From a cyanobacterium endosymbiont of Rhopalodia gibba (GTDB lineage Bacteria > Cyanobacteriota > Cyanobacteriia > Cyanobacteriales > Microcystaceae): a stretch of DNA of 64,000 nucleotides. The stretch lies in contig CP067995.1 in the NCBI GenBank assembly GCA_045159875.1, forward strand, positions 2,080,001 to 2,144,000, written 5' to 3'. Both the position numbers and the translations under genes were made by a program. Each line of letters begins with the position of its first letter. Position 1 is the first letter of the stretch. Of the stretch, positions 56,754 to 64,000 are shown in pieces. The notes under the pieces were generated by a model. The model was not told the origin of the DNA. It did no database searches and saw nothing but the letters and a program-made list of their open reading frames with translations.

Positions 56754-57416
56754 ATGAAAGCTAAAACTGAGAAATTAGTCATTTATCAAGGACAATTTGG
56801 GAAATTTACTGTTACTCAAAATGATCGCGCAGAGGTCGTTATCTATCGTTTGGGGTTATGTTTAGCGTCCTTTAACTTTGCGATTGCTACTCTGTTAGTA
56901 TTGATCATTGGAGAACAACTCTGGGTACTAAACTTGCTAACCCTATTATTTGTAATGTTTTCACTGGGATTAGGAATTAGTTTAGCAACTATTCACATTT
57001 ATCTCCGTCCTCTCCATCGACTATTACAGGTATTTTGGATAATTGGGACAATCACGGCATTAATCATCGCCTGGCAAAGTTCTGAGCCTCTAGCCTTATT
57101 TGTCTACAATCATCCTTCAACCTTATTCGGTATTGGTTTTACGTTTGCTGCTTTAACAGGAATCTTCTTCAAAGAAGCCTTTTGTTTTAATCGTTTAGAA
57201 ACCAAATTTCTGACCTTTTTAGTTCCCAGTCTCTTGTTAGGACATTTAATAGGAATTCTACCGGTTGGGGTAGAAGCAGTATTCTTAGCTAGTTGGGGAT
57301 TGTTATTTGTTATTTTTAGTTCACGTAAAGCGATTCAAGCTATTCCCCCCGATATTGGTGATAAATCTGTATTCACCCATCTTGAACAACAACGTTCTAT
57401 ATCACTATCATCGTAA
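56754..57416 (+). CDS. DUF2301 integral membrane protein
   Basis: YQGQFGKFTVT..DRAEVVIYR, IHIYLRPLH, FAALTGIFFKEAFCF, DIGDKSVF. Confidence 0.82.
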   Translation: MKAKTEKLVIYQGQFGKFTVTQNDRAEVVIYRLGLCLASFNFAIATLLVLIIGEQLWVLNLLTLLFVMFSLGLGISLATIHIYLRPLHRLLQVFWIIGTITALIIAWQSSEPLALFVYNHPSTLFGIGFTFAALTGIFFKEAFCFNRLETKFLTFLVPSLLLGHLIGILPVGVEAVFLASWGLLFVIFSSRKAIQAIPPDIGDKSVFTHLEQQRSISLSS

Positions 57417-58127
57417 TGAATTGGTTAGGGATTAGGTTAACTTTTTAAATCTTCAGATTTTTCTACCCTTAAACAACTATCAGTATTATTTCAGATATAA
57501 ACAAAAAACTTCAGTGAACATCAACTTTTTAAGGCTGATACTTGGTTATATTGCCAATGATATTTAAATTTTATGAAGGTAATCTCTGTGAAATTCCATC
57601 GTTAAAGCCAACAAAACTGCTACTTCAGCTATGGCGGTTAAAGACTTATTATCTTAGTTGAATTTAGAGATTGTGAGGGTAATTTTTTGTTGTTATCAAG
57701 TTTATACTTGACGCATTTATCCTACCGATACCAACAAAACATAAAGATAAATAGCTTTATCTTATACATGTTATATTTTGCAATTAACCTTAAAGATAAG
57801 ATGTCAAGCGGATAGGACAAGTATATAAATAGACAATTTATTGAAATTATCTCAAATTTTCATTAAGAATAATGATCAGGTCCAATTCAAGACTTTGAAT
57901 CATAAGCCCACTGGTTACAGAAGTTGTTTTAGTAGCTTTATGCTACCATGACTGAGTCTTAAATCTAAGTTTTCATAACTGGGGTGCAAACATGTTTTTA
58001 AAAGCTTACAACAGCAACTTTTCAGTCCATGGCAGTCTCAACTTTGATTGATTGGTCCTTATGAAAAATCGGAATTGGAAGAAATAATAGGGAAAATATT
58101 TTAAAGGGTAAAAGTGAGTGTAACAAT

Positions 58128-58976
58128 TTACCTTTGACATTGCGGACAGAAGTGAGCAGAACGTCCTCCTAATTTTAAGCGTTCAATGTCCATTCCACAA
58201 ACTCGACAGGATTCCCCGGTGCGACCATAAACCCAGGCAACCTTTCCATAATTACCATTGATTCCCGTCACTCCTCGAAAATCACTAAAGGTTGTTCCTC
58301 CTTTGTCGATAGCCTCTTTCAATACTTCAACAATTGATATTCTTAGCTTTTGGAGTTGTTTACGGTTTAAATTTTTAGCCATTATAGTCGGTCGAATACC
58401 ACTCTTAAACAATGCTTCATCTGCATAAATATTTCCTAATCCTGCCACAATCCTTTGATCCAATAACAAGCTTTTAATATTGCGTCGACTAATTCTTAAT
58501 TTTTCGGTTAAATAACCTAAAGAGAATTTTTCAGAAAAAGGTTCAGGACCTAATTTTTTTAACCCCGTAATAATTATTTCTGGGTTTTGGTTTGGGGGGA
58601 CCAACCATAGTTTGCCAAAAGTGCGAATATCAACAAAACGTAACTCTCGACCTTTACCACAAAACAAACGTAAACGCGTATGTGTTTGTAGGGGTTCAAG
58701 GTGATTCAACCATAATAACTGACCGGTCATTCGTAGATGAACGCCTAAAAAACCTCCATTTTCGCCTGACCCTTTTCTCAATCTTCCTAATAAATATTTT
58801 CCTCGTCGCTCCCACCCATTAAAGGTGACATTAGTAATATTAGTCAAAAACTCCGCAACTGATAAAGGATAAGCGAGAGTACGATCCAGTAATACTTCGC
58901 CACCTTGTATTGTTGTTCCTAAAGTTAGCCTATTAAGACCTTGACGAACAGTTTCTACTTCAGGAAGTTCTGGCAC
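58128..58976 (-). CDS. mutM: formamidopyrimidine-DNA glycosylase
   Basis: MPELPEVE, RRGKYL, HLRMTG, GLGNIYADE, C-terminal zinc finger CRVC...FCPQCQ. Confidence 0.97.
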   Translation of the reverse strand: MPELPEVETVRQGLNRLTLGTTIQGGEVLLDRTLAYPLSVAEFLTNITNVTFNGWERRGKYLLGRLRKGSGENGGFLGVHLRMTGQLLWLNHLEPLQTHTRLRLFCGKGRELRFVDIRTFGKLWLVPPNQNPEIIITGLKKLGPEPFSEKFSLGYLTEKLRISRRNIKSLLLDQRIVAGLGNIYADEALFKSGIRPTIMAKNLNRKQLQKLRISIVEVLKEAIDKGGTTFSDFRGVTGINGNYGKVAWVYGRTGESCRVCGMDIERLKLGGRSAHFCPQCQR

Positions 58977-59265
58977 AACTTTATCCTAAACATTTATGGT
59001 TGACAACAATCATAAGTATTTTTTTTACTCATCAAAATTTCTCTATTTCTATCCTTACCTCCAAAAGTTTGCCCTAAAAAATACTTATCAAGAAAAAACA
59101 GTTTTATGCTTAAGGAGTTAATTAGAGAACCGGGTAATTACAGCACAACATTATCAGTTAAAAACAACCTGAATTGGTTATGGTGCCTCGAAGAATTCCT
59201 CATCTCTAGTGAAAGGAGTGTAAAAACGAGTACCCTTTCATGATATCATTGCTGACAGTTCGCTA

Positions 59266-59733
59266 TTGGCTTCATGGATTGATTCTAATAGCTTCACTTG
59301 TCTAAGCACTATGCCCGTAATTGATCGTCAGACCCCGACGGCTAAAACCGTTTCCCCCTCAGTTGATCCCATGAGAGATTACTATCAATTACAACGCACT
59401 TTGTTGTTGTTGAGTTTATCTTTGACCGGGATTATTTTTGTCTGTGTCTGGACTGCCTATTCCCTAGATACAGCTCTTAACTACTTAATAGGAGCTTCTG
59501 TCGGCATTGTTTATTTAAAACTATTAGCCGGGGACATAGCAAAACTAGGTTTAGTCAACAAACGGATGGGAACTAGAGGTATGGGGTTATTTGTGATTTT
59601 AATCGTTGTGGCTAGTCAATGGCAGAAAATGCACATCCTCCCAGTTTTTCTGGGATTTTTAACTTATAAGTTCGCCATAATCGTCTATATGCTCACAAGT
59701 GTTTTAACACCGGAATCTGAGCCAAGGCATTAG
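59266..59733 (+). CDS. atpI: ATP synthase protein I (cyanobacterial atp1)
   Basis: First gene of the atp operon; YYQLQRTLL, ALNYLIGA, PVFLGFLTYK; start may be the ATG at 59311. Confidence 0.85.
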   Translation: MASWIDSNSFTCLSTMPVIDRQTPTAKTVSPSVDPMRDYYQLQRTLLLLSLSLTGIIFVCVWTAYSLDTALNYLIGASVGIVYLKLLAGDIAKLGLVNKRMGTRGMGLFVILIVVASQWQKMHILPVFLGFLTYKFAIIVYMLTSVLTPESEPRH

Positions 59734-59789
59734 GGCATCGAGGAAATTAACCATTCTCGTATTTTGATTAAGTAAATAAATCTCACCGA

Positions 59790-60533
59790 ATGACAATGTT
59801 AGATGGTTTGAGTTTTGTACAAACATTTCCTCTTGCTTCATTAGAAGTCGGTCAACATTGGTACTGGGAAATTGGTAACTACCGGGTACATGGACAAGTA
59901 TTCATGACCTCTTGGTTCGTAATTAGCCTCTTGGTGATCGCATCCTTAGCTGCCACTAAAAACGTGCAACGCATCCCCAGTGGAATGCAAAATTTCATGG
60001 AGTATGTCCTAGAATTTTTGCGAGACTTGGCTAAAAATCAATTAGGAGAGAAGGAATATCGGCCTTGGTTACCTTTCATTGGAACCTTGTTTTTATTTAT
60101 CTTTGTTTCCAACTGGTCAGGTGCGTTAGTTCCTTGGGGGTTAATTGAACTACCAGAAGGAGAATTAGCGGCTCCTACCAACGATATCAATACCACTGTT
60201 GCTTTAGCACTACTAACTTCTCTAGCGTACTTCTACGCTGGTTTAAGCAAGAAAGGATTGAGCTATTTTTCTCATTATGTAGAGCCAATTCCTGTTCTCT
60301 TACCAATTAAAATCTTAGAAGATTTCACCAAGCCTTTATCACTAAGCTTCCGTTTGTTTGGAAACATCCTCGCTGATGAATTAGTGGTGGCGGTATTGGT
60401 CTTCTTAGTCCCTTTATTCATTCCCTTACCTATTATGGCCTTGGGGTTATTCACAAGTGCGATCCAGGCCTTAGTGTTTGCCACGTTAGCGGGGGCCTAC
60501 ATTCATGAGGCGATCGAAGAAGGAGAACATTAA
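59790..60533 (+). CDS. atpB: F0 subunit a (called atpI in cyanobacterial nomenclature)
   Basis: [34 protein letters not shown]. Confidence 0.97.
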   Translation: MTMLDGLSFVQTFPLASLEVGQHWYWEIGNYRVHGQVFMTSWFVISLLVIASLAATKNVQRIPSGMQNFMEYVLEFLRDLAKNQLGEKEYRPWLPFIGTLFLFIFVSNWSGALVPWGLIELPEGELAAPTNDINTTVALALLTSLAYFYAGLSKKGLSYFSHYVEPIPVLLPIKILEDFTKPLSLSFRLFGNILADELVVAVLVFLVPLFIPLPIMALGLFTSAIQALVFATLAGAYIHEAIEEGEH

Positions 60534-60812
60534 TCCTTATAAGGGATAAGGCAATGATTGAGCGTCGTAAATTGAATCTTAGGATCTGTTATTGAAATAT
60601 GCCCAAAACATAGGACAATATCAGATGGGTTCATTTTTACAATTCAACATCGAGAATTGCTGAACTCTTCAAGCACATAGGGGTTGACTAGTGGGGATTT
60701 TTTCCTCGAGAATCAAAGAGCACTCCGCCGTACGACGATGGAGCCGGCTCTAACCTTCGGTCAATAACTATTCATTGCTTGGGAACGTCACCCTCCGTGG
60801 TTGTTAATCTAG

Positions 60813-61106
<294 letters not shown>

Positions 61107-61364
61107 GCGGTTTTGAAACAGTAGAGACGCGCGCTGTGTGAAGGCAAAAAGTGAAAAGAGACGATACAAGCCTTACTATTTTTACTAATGTCAACTCAGA
61201 CAATATTAGGTGTAGTAAATCAAGAAAAGTTTGTATTAACTTGGTCACTCGCGACTTCAATCATTGTCTCGTCTCTACTGATTCCTCCACCACACCAACC
61301 AAAGATTCGTTAGCCGCTTAGATCTTTTTTGTTTTGACTGAAACATTAATGGGAACTGCAAAAA

Positions 61365-61796
61365 ATGTTTGATTTTGATGCAACTATGCCTTTAATGGCT
61401 TTGCAATTTGTCCTCTTGGCAGTTGTCCTCAACGGGATTTTTTACAAACCCTTGAATAGGGCATTAGACGAGCGAGCAGATTATATTCGTCAGAAAGAAA
61501 CTGATGAAAAAAAGCGTTTAGCTAAAGCTAAGGAGTTGTCCCTAGAATATGAAGCGCAGCTTGCTGATGCGCGTAAGCGGTCTCAAGAAATAATCACACA
61601 AGCTCAGGCTGACGCACAAAAAATTGCAGCCAAAGCTTTAGCTAATGCTCAACAAAAAGCCCAAGAGGAAAAAGAGAAAGTCGCCCAAGAAATTATCCAA
61701 CAACGCCAAGAAGCATTGGGTGTTCTAGAACAACAGGTTGATATTCTAAGCCGTCAAATTCTAGAAAAACTTCTAGGTCCTGAATTTGTAAATTAA
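61365..61796 (+). CDS. atpF2: F0 subunit b' (cyanobacterial atpG)
   Basis: [15 protein letters not shown]...FYKPL; operon position. Confidence 0.95.
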   Translation: MFDFDATMPLMALQFVLLAVVLNGIFYKPLNRALDERADYIRQKETDEKKRLAKAKELSLEYEAQLADARKRSQEIITQAQADAQKIAAKALANAQQKAQEEKEKVAQEIIQQRQEALGVLEQQVDILSRQILEKLLGPEFVN

Positions 61797-61833
61797 ATCT
61801 GCCATCGATTGAGTTTTCACTAGCAAAATACGT

Positions 61834-62370
61834 ATGATCGATTCTTTTTTTATATTAGCTACAGAAGCCCATAAGGCGGGTCGAAGTGGGTTCGGCTTAG
61901 ATTTTAACCTTCTAGAAACGAACCTTCTTAATCTTGCTATTCTCGTTGGGGTGTTGGTATTCTACGGCAGCAAAGTTTTGAAAAAGGTCCTAAATGAGCG
62001 GCGATTGCAGATTGCTGATGCTATTCAAGAAGCTGAGGAGCGCCAACGCAAAGCAGCCACTGCTTTGGGAAAGGAACAGCAGAAACTAACGCAAGCTCAA
62101 GCTGAAGCTGAACGAATTTATCAAAGGGCTAAAGATAGCGCTGCTGCTCTAGCTAAGGAAATTGCTGTAAAAAGTAAGCAAGACATAGAGCGTCTTAAAG
62201 AAACAGCTGCAGCTGACCTTAGTGGTGAGCAAGAACGAGTTATTGCTCAATTGACAAAACAAATTGCTCAAATGGCTCTCAATAAAGCGGAAAGCCAACT
62301 TAAAGAACAGGTCAATGAGGATATGCAACACCTCCTAATTGACCGTAGTATCGCTCAATTAGGAGGTTAA
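61834..62370 (+). CDS. atpF: F0 subunit b
   Basis: FGLDFNLLETNLLNLAIL; coiled coil; operon position. Confidence 0.95.
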   Translation: MIDSFFILATEAHKAGRSGFGLDFNLLETNLLNLAILVGVLVFYGSKVLKKVLNERRLQIADAIQEAEERQRKAATALGKEQQKLTQAQAEAERIYQRAKDSAAALAKEIAVKSKQDIERLKETAAADLSGEQERVIAQLTKQIAQMALNKAESQLKEQVNEDMQHLLIDRSIAQLGG

Positions 62371-62373
62371 TTA

Positions 62374-62931
62374 ATGAAAGGTTCCCTCATTAGTACTGCG
62401 ATTGCTGAACCTTACGCTCAGGCGTTAATGTCAGTGGCTTTAAGCCACGATCTCACCGATCTCTTTGGGAAAGAATGCCGTTCTTTAGTTACCTTATTAG
62501 AAGAGTCCCCTGATTTAGAAGCATTTATTGCCTCCCCAGTGATCAAAGAAATAGATAAAAAAACTGTTTTGGGACAAATCATGGGAGAAGGAGCTAATTT
62601 TTATCTACTCAATTTTTTGATGTTGTTGATAGATAAACGGCGGATTATTTTTCTTAAAAAGATTTGTCAGCAATATCTTACGCTATTGCGGAAGTTGACT
62701 AATACCGTTTTAGCCGAAGTTACTTCAGCCAAAGAATTGAGCAGCGAACAAAGTGAGTCTGTAGCCAATAAAGTTGAAGAACTTACTGGTGCGCAAGGCG
62801 TGGAAATCAAAACGAGAATTGATCCTGAGTTGATTGGGGGTGTTACTATCAAAGTAGGGTCTCAAGTCTTTGATGCCAGCCTTCGAGGAAAACTACGCCG
62901 TGTTAGTCTTAGCCTAGGTGGTATCGCTTAG
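62374..62931 (+). CDS. atpH: F1 subunit delta (cyanobacterial atpD)
   Basis: [35 protein letters not shown]. Confidence 0.95.
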   Translation: MKGSLISTAIAEPYAQALMSVALSHDLTDLFGKECRSLVTLLEESPDLEAFIASPVIKEIDKKTVLGQIMGEGANFYLLNFLMLLIDKRRIIFLKKICQQYLTLLRKLTNTVLAEVTSAKELSSEQSESVANKVEELTGAQGVEIKTRIDPELIGGVTIKVGSQVFDASLRGKLRRVSLSLGGIA

Positions 62932-62979
62932 GTTACTTGTGTTTTATTGTATCCATTCGACTTTTAGAACAACTTAACT

Positions 62980-64000
62980 ATGGTTAGCATTAGACCCGAC
63001 GAAATTAGCAGTATTATTCGCCAACAAATTGAATCCTACGATCAAACTGTAACGGTTTCTAACGTGGGAACAGTGCTTCAAGTAGGAGATGGAACGGCCC
63101 GTATTTATGGCTTAGAACAAGCTATGGCTGGAGAACTTCTTGAATTTGAAGATGGAACTATCGGAATTGCTCTCAACCTTGAAGAAGATAACGTTGGGGC
63201 CGTATTAATGGGAACCGGTCTCGATATCCAAGAAGGGAGTACCGTCAAAGCTACCGGAAAAATTGCCCAAGTTCCCGTAGGGGAAGCAATGATAGGACGA
63301 GTGGTTGATTCCCTAGGTCGCCCTATTGATGGTAAAGGGGATATCAATACTTCTGAAACTCGTCTAATCGAATCGATGGCCCCTGGGATTGTTGCTCGTA
63401 AATCCGTTTGTGAGCCTATGCAAACAGGGATTACAGCTATTGATGCGATGATTCCTGTGGGACGGGGACAACGGGAATTGATTATCGGTGATCGTAAAAC
63501 TGGAAAAACGGCAATTGCGATTGATACCATTATTAATCAGAAGTCCGAAGATGTAATCTGCGTCTATGTAGCGATTGGACAAAAAGCGTCTACTGTCGCT
63601 CAGGTGATAAGAACCCTCGAAGACAATGGTGCGATGGACTATACCATAGTCGTTGCCGCTAACGCAAATGATCCAGCTACATTACAGTATCTTGCCCCCT
63701 ATACAGGAGCTACCCTCGCTGAATACTTTATGTATAGGGGGAAGGCTACCTTGATCATTTACGATGACCTCTCCAAACAAGCTCAGGCTTACCGTCAGTT
63801 ATCTTTGTTACTAAGACGTCCTCCTGGTCGTGAAGCTTATCCTGGAGACGTATTCTATATCCACTCTCGCTTATTAGAACGTGCTGCAAAACTTAGCGAT
63901 AAGCTAGGTGGGGGTAGTATGACAGCGTTACCCGTGATTGAAACCCAAGCAGGTGACGTTTCTGCTTACATTCCTACTAACGTAATTTCCATCACTGACG
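62980..64000 (+). CDS. atpA: F1 subunit alpha, 5' part (runs off the window; absent from the ORF track)
   Basis: [13 protein letters not shown]..., [18 protein letters not shown]-loop, [13 protein letters not shown]. Confidence 0.97.
   Translation, partial: MVSIRPDEISSIIRQQIESYDQTVTVSNVGTVLQVGDGTARIYGLEQAMAGELLEFEDGTIGIALNLEEDNVGAVLMGTGLDIQEGSTVKATGKIAQVPVGEAMIGRVVDSLGRPIDGKGDINTSETRLIESMAPGIVARKSVCEPMQTGITAIDAMIPVGRGQRELIIGDRKTGKTAIAIDTIINQKSEDVICVYVAIGQKASTVAQVIRTLEDNGAMDYTIVVAANANDPATLQYLAPYTGATLAEYFMYRGKATLIIYDDLSKQAQAYRQLSLLLRRPPGREAYPGDVFYIHSRLLERAAKLSDKLGGGSMTALPVIETQAGDVSAYIPTNVISITD

Noticed and set aside
58977..59260. psaE remnant upstream of mutM (psaE-mutM are adjacent in many cyanobacteria)
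   Set aside because: No PsaE-like residues readable on the minus strand

Overview
Cyanobacterial chromosome segment (Cyanothece/Crocosphaera-like proteins) showing strong reductive erosion. By my tally, intact genes cover only about half of the 64 kb. The rest is AT-rich DNA holding recognisable gene ruins: full-length but ruined psbA (D1) and psbO (photosystem II), a NifU-Rieske gene, a DUF3370 gene and an OmpR-type regulator. Intact genes: amiC-murI, sds, grpE, ridA, ndhO, a NifB/NifX-family gene, sbcD, PBP1A, thrB, tRNA-Leu(GAG), a HtrA-family protease, a DICT-GAF histidine kinase, recJ, putative uptake-hydrogenase accessory genes, psb29, cysQ, gcvH, an SLH lipoprotein, an RRM protein, rpiA, miaB, cop23, mutM and the start of the ATP synthase operon. 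This fits a non-photosynthetic N2-fixing endosymbiont such as the spheroid body (diazoplast) of rhopalodiacean diatoms (inference). The main unexplained signal is about ten mutually unrelated, near-perfect inverted repeats with 11-28 bp arms. One is a spacer-less 56-bp palindrome, and two overwrite pseudogene coding sequence with apparent length conservation, suggesting ongoing template-switch palindrome formation. Also notable are a 38-aa membrane peptide missing from the ORF track and a structured non-coding region between murI and sds. No CRISPR array or transposase was seen. All homology calls are from recalled protein families, not from database searches.
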